A stretch of DNA of 64,000 nt from Azolla caroliniana (Eukaryota > Plantae > Polypodiophyta). Shown here piece by piece: positions 48,801 through 60,623 of the stretch (positions are counted from its first letter, which is position 1; every line of letters begins with the position of its first letter). The stretch covers positions 12,958,001 to 13,022,000 of the forward strand of contig JBHGNT010000015.1 in NCBI GenBank assembly GCA_043228905.1. The letters run 5' to 3'. The notes under the pieces are model-generated. The model was not told the origin of the DNA and made no database searches. It was given only the letters and a program-made list of their open reading frames with translations. A program made the translations under genes and the position numbers.

Positions 48801-51163
48801 GAAGATGAAAATGATACCGGAACCGGCCCCGATCCCGAAATGGATTCGGATGAAGAAGAATCGGAAGAACCGGTTACCGAAGCTCCGGAACGGAGATATC
48901 CTCTAAGAGAGAGAAGAGCCCCCCGGAGATTTCCGGAACCAGAGCACGTGCTGCTAACCGACGAGGGGGAGCCGGAGAGCTTTGAAGAAGCAAAGCACGA
49001 CACCCAGAGCCGCAGGTGGTTGAGTGCCATGCAGGACGAGATGGATTCCCTGCATGAGAACCACACATATGAACTTGTGGAGTTGCCGAAAGGAAAGCGG
49101 GCACTTCGAAACAAGTGGGTGTTCAAGCTGAAACCGGGAGATGCCGGAAACCCCCCGAGATACAAAGCCAAGATCGTGGTGAAGGGGTTTCAGCAGAAGA
49201 AGGGCGTCGACTTCGACGAGATATTTGCCCCGGTAGTGAAGATGACCTCCATCCGGACGGTGCTGAGCATAGCGGCAAGCATGGACCTCGAGGTAGAACA
49301 GATGGACGTGAAGACGGCATTCCTTCACGGTGACCTCGATGAAGAGATCTACATGCAGCAACCGGAAGGATTCGAGAAGAAAGGGAAGGAGCACCTGGTA
49401 TGCCGGTTGAAGAAGAGCCTTTACGGACTGAAGCAGGCTCCCCGGCAATGGTACCGGAAGTTCGACTCCTTCATGACCGACGAAGGGTATCTCAAAACGC
49501 AGTCCGACCACTGCGTGTTTGTGAAGAAGTTCGATGGAGGAGACTTTCTAATACTCCTCCTGTACGTGGACGACATGTTGATCGTCGGACGGGACCAGGT
49601 CAAGATACGGATGCTGAAGAAGGCTCTTCACCGAACCTTCTCAATGAAGGACTTGGGTCCGGCGAGACAAATACTAGGGATGCACATCATCCGGGACCGG
49701 AGCAAGAAGCAGTTGTGGCTGTCACAGGAGAAGTACGTGACAAAGGTGCTTAAACGGTTCAACATGTCGGAAGCAAGACCGGTCGGATCGACCCTCCCGG
49801 CAAACTGCAAGCTGTCCAGCAAGCAAAGTCCCAAGACAAAGGCTGAAAAGGAGGATATGATGAAAGTGCCGTATGCCTCAGCCGTCGGGAGCTTGATGTA
49901 CGCCATGGTGTGTACGAGACCGGACATCGGATATGCAGTCGGAGTGGTGAGCCGGTACATGAGCAATCCCGGCAAAGAGCATTGGAACGCGGCCAAGTGG
50001 ATACTCCGATACCTGAAGGGCACGGCAAACGTGTGCCTCCGATTCGGCTCCGGTAAGCCCGAACTCGACGGCTTCACCGATTCGGATATGTCGGCTGATG
50101 CAGATACCAGCCGGTCCACATCAGGGTATGTGATGACGTATGCAGGGGGAGCCGTTTCATGGCAGTCGAGGCTGCAGAAGACGGTTGCGTTGTCAACCAC
50201 GGAGGCGGAGTACATGGCGGCTGTTGAAGCCGGCAAGGAAATAATATGGATGAAGGACTTCATTAGAGAGCTCGGTATCCGGCAGGAGGAGTACCGACTC
50301 TACTGCGACAGTCAGAGTGCAATCCACCTTGCGAAGAACGCGGCCTATCACTCCCGGACGAAGCACATCCAGCGAAGATATCACTGGATCCGGGAAAGGA
50401 TAGAAGACAAGGAGTTCGTGCTGACAAAGATCCACACGGACGAGAACGGGTCGGATATGCTGACCAAGGTCCTCACACCCGACAAGCTGGAAGCATGCCG
50501 GAAGAGGATCGGATTGGAAAGACATCCCATGCCGAAGTGAAGGGGGAGTTTGTTGGGATTACGATCCCTTCGGATGGGATGGTCGGATGTCGGAGATGAA
50601 TGCCGACGAGCCCGGTTTCGGTTTCGGATCCGGATGCTGAAGACCCCGGCTTCGGTGCCGGATGACGAATGTACCCGGAGAGCGATCCGGATGCAGGGAC
50701 ATATCCGTGAATATGTTCCCTATGGGCCCCTGAGGCTATAGTTGTAAATAGCCCCAAAGTCATATATGTATAAATATGACTTAGGGCAAACAGTTTTGGT
50801 GTTGCTAATCATTTTTCTGTTTTTCCACTCAAGAGGAGTGAAGAGGGAGCAACCGTGAGAGAGAGAGAGAGAGATAGAGCGTGAGAGAGGAAGAGGACGA
50901 CGCCTCTTTGTATTTCCGCCTCCTGTGGCGAGGACAGCGAGCTCAAGGTCGTCGCCTTGCAGCTCGCCATTGTATACTTCTCTGTATAGTGTTGGTTTGG
51001 AGTCTTGTACTCCCGTGGTTTTTCCCGTCTAGGGTTTTCCACGTTAATCCCTGTGTGTTCGCGTTTTGTTTCTCTTTGTGGTTCCTATTTTCTGCTCCAT
51101 TGATTTGCGCTTACTCGGTTGTGGCCGAGTGGTGAAGGTGAATCTAAGAGTCGATTCCCAACA
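45824..51163 (+). mobile_element. Intact young Tork/Tnt1-like Copia 'I'
   Basis: 613-bp LTRs 45824-46436 and 50551-51163, nearly identical; TSD GGATG; PBS 46440-46451; PPT before 50551. Confidence 0.98.
46467..50540 (+). CDS. Copia gag-pol polyprotein, uninterrupted, 1357 aa
   Basis: Single ORF from MEGGGSG with gag CCHC, DSGAS protease, HHCC/DDE integrase, YVDD RT and RNase H. Confidence 0.97.
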   Translation: MEGGGSGQPGMMVLNAQNYADWKIKMEDLLIVRDLYEPIDRSEIPKGVLESEWKLLNRKAVATIRQYVDVSVLQHVANDTYAYEMWRKLSGLYERKNALNRTSLMRKIVNLKYRDGESMVEHVSTFMGFVNQLAAIKFPLEDAMQAIILMCTLPDSWENLVVTLSTSCTEDNLSLQTVKTSILNEEARRRDKEPASDSKALLTESDRGRQWNRSPQRREKSGIRSQSRGRPTCFHCGKPGHFRKNCRHYRKDNGADDTDSKKSPERNGAYRGATDRRGSDRRGQDRKGTTALAASEEEIMLITEEGELNIAGDETTWVVDSGASFHLTPERRYFSSYTAGEHGCVRMGNEGTCRIAGIGDVWLTTPTGCKMLLKDVRHVPEVRLNLISAGRLDDEGYTGSIRNGVMKFSKGSLIVARARKDNTLYLMNARLCPEELNVAADTAGELWHKRLCHMSEKGMKRLAEDNLIPVKHVHLEKCTDCLAGKQNRTSFHSRPPTRRSAPLELVHTDVCQVETKSHGGTQYFVTFIDDHSRKLWTAPLKTKDQVLCVFKELHARVERESGKKLKAIRADNGGEYRGQFQEYCRSKGIRLEFTVPKTPELNGLAERMNRTIMERVRSMLAHAKLPKGFWAEAMSTATYVINRSPSVPLDGDTPQRVWTGKEVSYRHLKVFGCLAYVHVAKDRRGKLDPKTRPCIFLGYGDDEFGYRVWDPVDKKIFRSRDIIFMEDKTLADWESEKKMKSSKSTGEDQLYKEQSRPARDRLALEDPAEDGEETEPAEEDENDTGTGPDPEMDSDEEESEEPVTEAPERRYPLRERRAPRRFPEPEHVLLTDEGEPESFEEAKHDTQSRRWLSAMQDEMDSLHENHTYELVELPKGKRALRNKWVFKLKPGDAGNPPRYKAKIVVKGFQQKKGVDFDEIFAPVVKMTSIRTVLSIAASMDLEVEQMDVKTAFLHGDLDEEIYMQQPEGFEKKGKEHLVCRLKKSLYGLKQAPRQWYRKFDSFMTDEGYLKTQSDHCVFVKKFDGGDFLILLLYVDDMLIVGRDQVKIRMLKKALHRTFSMKDLGPARQILGMHIIRDRSKKQLWLSQEKYVTKVLKRFNMSEARPVGSTLPANCKLSSKQSPKTKAEKEDMMKVPYASAVGSLMYAMVCTRPDIGYAVGVVSRYMSNPGKEHWNAAKWILRYLKGTANVCLRFGSGKPELDGFTDSDMSADADTSRSTSGYVMTYAGGAVSWQSRLQKTVALSTTEAEYMAAVEAGKEIIWMKDFIRELGIRQEEYRLYCDSQSAIHLAKNAAYHSRTKHIQRRYHWIRERIEDKEFVLTKIHTDENGSDMLTKVLTPDKLEACRKRIGLERHPMPK

Positions 51164-52228
51164 GGATGGTGTGGTTTGACATGTGTGTGGAGGAAACTTT
51201 GGCACAAGTTTGGTAGAATGTTCAACTATGGACACGTTGACACTACCAATATTGTGGAAAGACATTGGCAGTTTATCAAGTATACTGCCTTGAGGGGAAG
51301 AATAAACCGATCAATTACCGACCTTCTGCATGTCTTAATTGGGGACAGTGAAACTGGCACTTGCATAGGAGGAACGATAATAGAGTGGTACAAGAAACGA
51401 CAAGAAATATGTGAGAGTGATCAGTTTGCACCCCGTGCGAATTGTAGGGATCAAAGGTCCCGACTTAAAGAAGTGGAGAGAATATTGGAAAGGTATGTCG
51501 ACAATACTTCCACAATTGAAATTGTCGACGAGGCCCGATATTGTTTTAGAATCTTGAGCATGACGACTCCCACTCTATGGTATAATGTCTCACTCCAATG
51601 CTCATATTGTGATTGCCAAGACATTGTGAGTAAATGTAAGCATTTACTCGGTATCCGAATGATTATTAAGAGGCATATGCCACATTTATGTGGCTCATTG
51701 CCTTTTATAGATCACGTGACCCAAATGCGAATGGACCATAATACAGAAATAGAAGTGGAGGCAGAGGTAGAGCAAGTAGAGGAGACAAACCCCACAACAT
51801 TCGAGATTGAATCATTCAAGTCCAAAATACAAACGTTTGTGAAAGCACTTCAATGTCTCGAGCAAGGATTAGGAACCTTCGATCGTGCAACTATTGTCGA
51901 AGGTATACAAACATTGGAAGATGTGGCTAAGAAGGTGTATCACGTTGGTGCACCAAAATCAACCAATGAAGAAGATGGTAGATCAATAAGTCGTAACCAA
52001 CAAATCGGTGCCAAAAGAAGTCCAATAATAAACATCTCGCAAGAACTTATTGGCAGCTCCCCAAACACTTCCAAATCCCACTCCGGAAAACTACAAAGAG
52101 GTGCTAGTCGGGCTAGGAGGAGATTGCCATTGGTTGACCATGAGAAGGTTCGGAGTTTGCGTTGCGATGGCTTAACCTTGACTTCAAGGGACTCAAATGT
52201 TACATGCTGTAAAAATTGTGGTTGCATC

Positions 52229-52836
52229 TAGCAATGGGCCCGGTTCGGTTTAGTTTCGGTGCCTTGAAACCAAACCAAACCAAACCAAACCCTTTATATA
52301 AAACAAAAACCAAACCAAACCGTTTATAAACATTCGAACATTTAAACCAAACCATTTAAAAAAAAAGGTAAACTAAACCATTTAAACCAAAACCGTTTAG
52401 GGAAAAGTTAAAACCAAATCGAACCATTTAATAAAAAGTTTAAACCTAACCACATTTAAGCCAAGCTAATTAAAAAATTAAATAAATAAAAATATACAAA
52501 ATTAAATAAGCATTTATGTTTAAATTAATAAATAAGATTAATTGAGCCATTAGATTAAATAAACAATTAAGTTAAGTGAATTAAACCAATGAAAAACATT
52601 AATTAAATCATTAAATTACATAAACATTTAATGGATAGAAAAAGATAGCCCAAAAACCTATAAACCTATAAACCAAACCTATAAACCCTATTTTGAAAAC
52701 CAAACCAAACTGAAACCGAACCGTTTATTATTAATTAAAACCAAACAAAACCATTTAATTATTTTGGAACTTATAAACCTTTAAACCATGGTTTAACTGT
52801 TCGGTTCGGTTAAAGCCGAAACCGGGCCCATTGCTA
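52229..52836. mobile_element. hAT-type MITE
   Basis: 17-bp TIR TAGCAATGGGCCCGGTT / AACCGGGCCCATTGCTA, 8-bp TSD GTTGCATC, AT-rich interior with many AAACC repeats. Confidence 0.93.
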
Positions 52837-53332
52837 GTTGCATCTTGCAATCATCCCAACATGAGCCATAATCTTAATATGTAATGTGTATATTCATATT
52901 TCATTTTAGGGTTGTCAACATTTGACATTTTAATATTTTATGTAAGACTTGTTATTTGAATCTTTAGGTTTTTTTGAGAAATTTTATGATCAGTTTCATG
53001 GCAAATATTTGTTGTACACTTACAATTTTGTGGAGTTTTTGATGTTTGTTGCTACAGAGTCGGGCTCCTTCTTACTAATGTGGTCTAACAGCGGCGGGGC
53101 TCCTTCTGACAGAGTCGGGCTCCCTCTTGCAGAGGCTGTCTGACAGCGGGGCTCCTTTTGATAGAGTTGGCCGAGCTCCCTTTCGCAGAGTCGGGCTCCT
53201 TATGACAGACGTTGTCAGCTTTTTATCCATCTTGGACGGTGGAGATCGAACGCGCCATCAGCAGTGCGACCTGCACCGTCCCTCTCCGCGATTCCCTCAC
53301 TTGCCCTCTTTAATATTTGGTAGCAGTTAGTC

Positions 53333-53432
53333 ACATACATACATACATTATACATACATACATACATACATACATACATTATACATACATACATACATAC
53401 ATACATTATACATACATACATACATACATACA
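53333..53432. repeat. (TACA)n microsatellite, followed by (CTT)n in the 5' UTR region
   Basis: Directly visible. Confidence 0.95.
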
Positions 53433-53519
53433 TGAATGACATGACATAGTTTCTTCCTGCATCCCATCCCATCCCCATCTTCTTCTTCTTCTTCTTCTTC
53501 TTCTTCGGAACAGGAGGAG

Positions 53520-56500
53520 ATGATTTCTCCTGCACATTTCCATAGCTTGCTGCCCATCTCCTCTCCTCCTTCTTCTTCATCGTCTTCTTCATCGTCTTCT
53601 TCTTCTTCTTCTTCTTCCCTTGCCCTTGCTCATGGCAACTCCAATGGATCCCTCTGCCTCCCTCGCCTCCGAGCTCTCGCCGAACCATCCTTTCATCTCT
53701 CGCTCTCATCCCCGTCCTCCTCCTCCCCTGCATCGTCTTCAGGTTCTGCCTCCGTTTCCTCTGCGAGGGAGCGCAGGAAGCAGAAGAATGAGCGCAGGGA
53801 GCAACGGAAGGCGGAGGAAGGATCGTCTTGGAAGGAGGTCATTGATGAGCGCCTAACAGAGAAGAAGAAGGGAGGATCACCGAAGCCAGGGTTGCAGTAC
53901 GAGCTGGACATGACGAGCAGGCTGACCACCAGAGGTATGCAGTGGTGGATGGTCCTCGTTTCTGCCAGATTTGAGCTCGAAATGGCCGATTCCATAACTA
54001 AAGCCCTCAAGCTCGAGTTTCCCGAGAACGAATTTGAGGTACCCGAGATCAAATGTCATGTCTATACATAAATGATTCCCGGTTCTTCTTTCCTTCCCCC
54101 CCTCCGTCCATTCTTGTCTTAGTTTTTCTTTTCCTACATCTTCTTTTCATCTTTTTCACCATCTTCGTAGTGTTTTCTCTGGCCTGCAAATGCCAAAGAC
54201 ACGAAATGTTCTCAAAAAGTGTCATTACTTACTTTTGGAGCTCAATTCATATGGAGGGCAGCATTAAATGATTGAATATCTAGCGTAGAGAACAGAATCA
54301 GTGCTGATACACGAATCTCACATTTTATTTGGCATTACTGATGTTAGTCAGGATGCCATAGCATCTGTCCATGCGATGCAGGAAGTAGTCGATAAGCTCT
54401 ACAAGCTTATTTATAGATAGAACCTGTGTGAAATGTAGATTTACATGCATTTGTAAAAACATATTTCTATTCAGGTTTTTGATATGCCAAATTTTATGTG
54501 TATGCGAACAAAACTTTTAGGAGTAATCTCTTCAAATTCTTGTGATCTCTAGCATCTAGATCACATAGATATGCACATAGCATAAATACAAATACTTTGG
54601 ATATCATTAATGATAATTGTGTTTCCATTCTGTTTGATTTTCGTCATTCTTTTCTAGGTTTTTGTGCCAGTTGTTCCGTCAAAGAGAAAAATGAAGGATG
54701 GTAGCATTTCTCCATCTACAAAGGTGCTTCATTCAGGTTGCGTGTTCCTTCGTACTGTAATGTCTAGAAGAGTACACGATATCGTCAAAAAAGTTCCAAG
54801 GTGCAGGGGTTTTTTTGGGAAAAAAGTTGGATACCTGTAAGTTTCTGGTCCCCATTAAAATTTCTGATTGCATTTGAACAATCAGAAACAGGTTCAGCTG
54901 GATTAGGGCCATTGTTTTTTTGCCTGCACTAAAAATTAGATAAGATCTTATGTTATTATAATATTGTTTCACGTTGGACAAAGAACAAAGAAATGGTCAA
55001 ATTAAAGAATACAAATGATAACATCCATACAATAAAAAAAGCAATGAGTGCAAATGTAACTTCAGGGTAGCCATTTATGTCAGATGGAAAAACCTCTTAT
55101 AACTTGGGAGATAACGAAATTGTGAACTTGAAAAAGGTCAAATGCTAAAGGAGTGTCAACACAGTGAATAGTACCAATATCCTATACTTGAAGTGTAACA
55201 GCAAGAAAATTTTGTGAGCTCTGCCCCACCATTTATTTGATCAAATTGTAATCGGCCAAATGGTAAAAGGACCTGTGATGATCTATAGTGAGTGGCAAGA
55301 TTGCATATTGAACCAATCTCTAAGTTGTAGACAGTTCTGGTGTGGGCTTGAGCAATATTTGGTGCTGACATGAAAGACGAACTGTGAGAACATTTTATCA
55401 GCCCCACCTCACTGTTGACTCTATTACATTGAAGTTTTATGTTGATAACCAGGCTAGCCAGCCATACCACCCCCACTTAAACTTAAAAGTATCAAGTCAG
55501 TTTTTTATAGAGAGCAATCAAGCTTTACATGATAGAAGAGGTAAGTATCACTTACCTCTTGATACTACCATTGTGCTTTCTTAGCTCATCCTTTTTAATG
55601 AGACTAGGGGTTCCTATGAACATAGGACTATTAAAATTTTGGAATTTAGCTATAAGTCTGGAGATCCCATGGCCAGATTTGTGAGGTGGCAATGAAGGGG
55701 AAGTTGAATAAGCTTTACATGATAGAAGAGCTAAGTATCACTTATCTCTTGATTCTACCATTGCCCTTTCTTAGCACATCCTTTCTAATGAGACCAGGGG
55801 TTCCCATGAATATAAGAGTATTAAAATGTTGGAATTTAGCTATTAGTCTGAAGATTCCATGGCTAGATTTGTGCGGTGGCAATGAAGGGGAAGTTGAATA
55901 AGCTTTACATAATAGAGATCTAAGTATCACTTACTTCGTGATACTACCATTGCCCTTTCTTAGCGCATCGTTTTTAATGAGACCAGGGGTTCCCATGAAC
56001 ATAGGAGTATTAAAATGTTGGAATTAGCTATAAGTCTGGAGATCCCATGGCCAGATTTATGAGGTGGCAATGAAGGGGAAGTTGAATATATTACATGAGA
56101 AAGATCTTCAAGAATTACAATTCATTGGATTGCGCATATTTAGGAAGTCACTGGATTAATTTTGCAAGTCATTTTTTTTATAGAGAGCTATCAAACCTTA
56201 TATAATAGAAGACCTAAGTATCACTTACCTCTTGTACACTACCATTGCCCTTGGCACATCCTTTTTAATGAGTCCAGGGGTTCCCATGAACATAGGAATA
56301 TTAAAATGTTGGAATCTACCTATAAGTTGGGAGATCCGGGGTCAGATTGTTAGTCGGCAATGAAGGGAAGATTGAATATATTCCTCGAGAAAGGAGATCT
56401 TCAGGCATTACAATTCACTGGACTATGCACATTTAGGAACTTTGTAGAGTTAGTAAAAGAGAAATAAAAAACTGTATTGACCCATAAGTCATTTGGTATG

Positions 56501-58252
56501 ATGGCATAAGATTGACTATTACATGCCTGCAGGGCTAGCATCCGCAATGATATGTCATTGCATTATATGACAGTGGTGAGCTGGACTAAATGCCCAAAGA
56601 AATGATCAGAGAGACTAATAGTGTCATGGGGTTCAAATAAGACTTTTACTCTTTAATTTTTGTCTTTGGTCTGTATATATTGATGAGATACATTAGTAAA
56701 TTACAGGATGAAAGGCGAACTCCATAAGTGTCACAATCAAGTTTTAGGAAATGGAGATGATGAGGCTCATAATCAAAACCTCGGACTCTCTAATGAGACT
56801 GCCAATCAAACCTTGGGAAAACCGAGGCCATCATCTTTCACAAATTTAAGTGGGTGTTTAAGAAAGATTGTGATCACTTAGGCTGCTGATAAGTGGAGAC
56901 ACCGTATCTTCTTTTGTAAATCTACTAGCAGGCAGTGCTATTTTTCTATGAAACAAGCAGCATGAATCAGGTTACGCGAGCATATGCAACCCGTTAAATA
57001 GTGAAGGCAATATCTGAAGCTCTCTTCTAGGAGCCACGATGTCTTCCACTAATTTGGGTCCGAAACCTTAGCCTATGCTTGGTCATTAATGCTACATAGA
57101 GACCTCATAGTCTGATGATTTCCTTATTTGCAGCAAACCTTAAATTCAATGCAGGATCCTTGAAACTGAGGTACTGTTATATCCATGTTATTGGAGGCTC
57201 TCTACTAGACTCTACAAGCACTTCATATGAACCTCTTCGACATGATTATGTTTGATTCTTAGAGTCTGTCAGCAAGAGTAACAGAGTAGAAGACCTTGTT
57301 TGCAAATGTGATCGGGGACTTGGTTGGATCGACAAATATCATTTATGGAATCAATTTGAGGATATACTTATGATACATTCTACTATTTTGCCTTCTGTTG
57401 AAGCATTGAACTGACACATGTATGCTTTGCAATTTTTCATGTATTGTTTTGCTGTCAGTGAACAGGTAACAATGCCAACTCCCATCCCTCCTGAGGATAT
57501 GGAGGGGATGCTCAAAAAAGTTAGAGAGGAAGAAGAGGACTTTGAGAGGTTAAAGAATATAGCCAAGCAAGAGAGAGAGATGATGCGGGCTGCAAAAGAA
57601 GCGGAAAAAGCTAAGGAGGCACATGTTGCAGTTGCCACTGTTGGCTCAAATGTACGAATTCGTAATGGACCTTATGTGAACTTTGAGGGTTTCATCAGTG
57701 ATCTAACCGATGATAAAAAGGTGCATTTCCTTAATCACTTTCTCTGTAGCTTAATTTTCACATCTTTAAAGTGAAGTTTTATATGCTACCTGTTTCATGC
57801 TATGCCACATTAATTTTTGGTATTATTAAGCATCAGTTCCTGAGGCTCTGATCATCGAAAGCTCACATAATAGATCTTGACATTATGTTTCAAAGCTAGT
57901 AATCAATTAGTAGACATCGGTATAGATTCTTTTTTTATGCTGGATGTTCTTCGATGTCCTGTGTTGCATCTGTCACCTGGTGAAACATGATAACCCTGAT
58001 GCTTGTGTGTCTTATTTCCTTTTTGTTAGAAAATCACATCATGTTCTATTTTCACATCCAGAGAAGATACAGTTGCATCTCTAATTTCTCATATGAATCA
58101 TTTGAACAACACGCAATTTATAGTAGCCCTTACTATTGTGTGTGACTCATTTGTTATGTATTTGTTTACAGGTTGAAGTTTCATTTTCAGCATTTGGTGA
58201 CATTCAAAAGGTGTCTCTGACTTTAGAAGATCTAGAGCTTACCTCTTCATAG
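53520..58252 (+). CDS. PTAC13: Plastid NusG-like transcription factor (pTAC13 homologue), ~346 aa; exons 53520-54038, 54658-54836, 57459-57720, 58172-58252
   Basis: Ser-rich transit peptide; NGN domain (QWWMVLVS...VFVPVV...SGCVFLR...RGFFGKKVG...PTPIPPEDM); KOW motif (VGSNVRIRNGPYVNFEGFI...VEVSFSAFG); phase-compatible GT-AG introns. Confidence 0.9.
55490..56440. repeat. ~190-bp tandem repeat, ~4 copies, in intron 2
   Basis: AGCTTTACATGATAGAAG...GAGACCAGGGGTTCCCATGAACATAGG...GGCAATGAAGGGGAAGTTGAATA at ~55521, 55711, 55901 and ~56192. Confidence 0.9.
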
Positions 58253-59759
58253 ACAAACTTGCAGCAGCTCACAGGAAAAATTCTTGAGGCAAGATTGAGC
58301 CTTTGTAAATTATACATAGGTATTAGAATGCCTAAAATGTAATGGTGGTGATTTTAGTTTGGTTTTGCAAGCATCATTGTTCTTGCTAAATACCAGTCTT
58401 CTTAGATGTCAATATAGAGCTTATCAACGGTACCACAACCATTGTAATCCAGTTAATTTCTGAGTTTGAGATGTTGAATGGATCTTTTTATGAACATATT
58501 GGAGAGGCATCTCAAACGCAATATTGGTTTTGGTTGAAAAAGACGCGTTTTGGAAGCGAAGAAGATTCCCACTCATGATTGAATTTTGTAATCCACAACT
58601 TCATCTTCGTATGGGTAATGTCTAAGCTTGTTTATGTAAAATTATTTTTGTTAAAATGATTGATAAACTAAAATATTGGAATGCTTGATCTAATACTTGG
58701 TATAGATACGATGGCAAGGCCCATATTTAAGCATTAGTATTAGTGATTATGTTCAGGTGATGAATTTAAAACATTGCTAAGATACATGGAAGTTCCAATT
58801 GTAAAATTTCATAGATCTACAAAAGAATGTGTTTAGACAATATAGGATAGCTTGAATATATGATGTAAGTGTTAATCATGTACATTGTTAAGGTATCGTG
58901 TGCATGCATTGTCATGAGTGTAAGCAAGGGTTTGTAAGATGGAAAGTGTTAATTGTTGAAAATACACAACTATCCTATCACGTGGGAGTAAAATATTTGA
59001 TAATACAGGTGATGATTGTACCATTCAAGGTTGTGATGCAAAGTTTAATTTTAGCATTGGATATGTGTGTGCAATCCAACATCATGATAATTGATGTGTC
59101 AACTTAACATGAACAACTTCTTGTTGAGGCATGTGTGAGCCATATGGACATACAGGATATGTTCTTGTATGCAAAAGATTAGCCCAAATGAGACAAACTT
59201 GTAGTGGGGATCTCATATCCATCAAAGTTTTAAAAGACTAATGGTGACATTGACTATGAGCTGTAATTCATAGGTCTAGTGCATATGTTGCAAATTGTTT
59301 CTTATTTAGAGAAAGTGGGTTGGAATTGAAATATAGCATGTATTTTTATCTAGATCTTCCATTCTCTTACTAATCATTGTAGAATTACCTCAGTCAACCA
59401 ACATTGTTTATTAAGCTTAGACTATTGTTCAATGAAATCAGACGCTATTGTAAGAATGATGTTCATCTTTACTCCAATAAAATTGTAGCCATTCATTGAA
59501 ACATTTATTAGTAGAAATATGAAATCCTTTTTAACAAGTTGTGGAGCTATCATTTAGTAAATAATTATATATACATATATTTTTGATTATTACCACATGC
59601 ATCCATCATTTCACAATGAGAGGGTATGTTGAAACAAAATTGAAGTACATGATGATTCCATAGACTCATAATCATGTTTGGGTATAGACCAATACCTATT
59701 ATAAGTTGTTAGAAGTTATAATTAACTACTTATCATAAAGTGAGTAACTACTTAGTTAG

Positions 59760-60240
59760 TTACCAAATATAACCCCACACCACAAGTTATTATTAGTAAA
59801 CAATTTTTATGCTAGTTGTAATTCAAAAATCCTACACTTCCTCATGGCTGGGAACCTGATTGTAGTATTCTCTACAATATGCTCTCCTCATCCTTGCATT
59901 TCCTACCTCTTATTATTAAGTAGTTGTAATACTAACTTGCTAGTTTTAATATATTAAGTTCCTTGTTGTTCCTCAGCTTCTACATGTTACTATCTTGTAC
60001 CTTGTGTCACAATCCTTACATGATCATACATACATACTTAGTTTTCAAATATAACCCCACACCACCAGTTATGATTAGTAACAAGTTTTCATGTAAGTTG
60101 TAATTCAAAAAGCCTACCTCATGTTTTCCTCAACTTCCTCTGTAGCTATATAAAGATGAAGTTGGGGAACTTGATTGTAGTGTTCTGCTCTCCACATCCT
60201 TGCATCTCCTAGCTCTTATTATTAAGTAGTTGTACTACTA
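59760..60240. repeat. ~190-bp imperfect direct duplication (59760-59935 / 60045-60240)
   Basis: CAAATATAACCCCACACCAC...CTCTTATTATTAAGTAGTTGTA in both. Confidence 0.75.
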
Positions 60241-60244
60241 GATT

Positions 60245-60623
60245 TGTTGAGTGACAAGCTCAACATGGGCCGGATTGGCTGAAAAAGATGAGAACCGAAT
60301 CGGATGAAGCTCGATTGGCTAGGACCAGATTGGCTAAAGATGCCAAGAGCTGGATTGGCAGGAAGCCAACGGCCAATATTCCTATTCATAGTAATAGTAG
60401 TAAATTTGGGAGTTAGTGTCAGACTCAGTTAATGAGCATTCATGCACTTGTCAGGCCTCTATCAGGGCTTGTATAAAAACTGCTCTGTGAGCACAGTTGT
60501 ATGCACAAAGTTATTTTTTGTAATAGAGATCATTGCTTGCTCACTCTGTCTCTCCCACTCTACCTCTGTGTTTACCTAACTGCTTATTTTCGAATAACCA
60601 ACTGTGTACTTTGTGCTCCGCAT
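60245..60623 (+). mobile_element. Probable LTR fragment interrupted by Copia J
   Basis: Starts TGTTGAG, short GGATTGGCT repeats, GTATAAAA box. Other end not in window. Confidence 0.45.

Larger units (their letters stand above)
37922..52228 (+). pseudogene. MULE transposase, fragmented (37922-39216, 39681-40246, 45446-45823, 51169-52228)
   Basis: WRKY/GCM-like finger (YSCHRAG...CGCTFHV...HSGH), DSTFKTNQFGLPLY, ILIDK, C*FHAKKSW, TTNIVERHW, SWIM finger CDCQDIVSKCKHL. Confidence 0.88.
37432..53215 (+). mobile_element. Mutator-like (MULE) DNA transposon; ends approximate
   Basis: Clusters of GGGAGCCCGACTC (37432-37612) and the inverted GAGTCGGGCTCC (53057-53200) flank the transposase. No TSD resolved. 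Confidence 0.65.

Noticed and set aside
51119-51168. Apparent LTR-MULE fusion protein (370-aa ORF)
   Set aside because: Chance in-frame junction with a non-ATG start; the rest is the interrupted MULE transposase.
53215-53733. Minus-strand ORF with MYVC repeats
   Set aside because: Microsatellite translation antisense to the pTAC13 5' end.
58650-59450. Possible very old Copia RT remnant
   Set aside because: Only faint motif hints; cannot be supported without a search.
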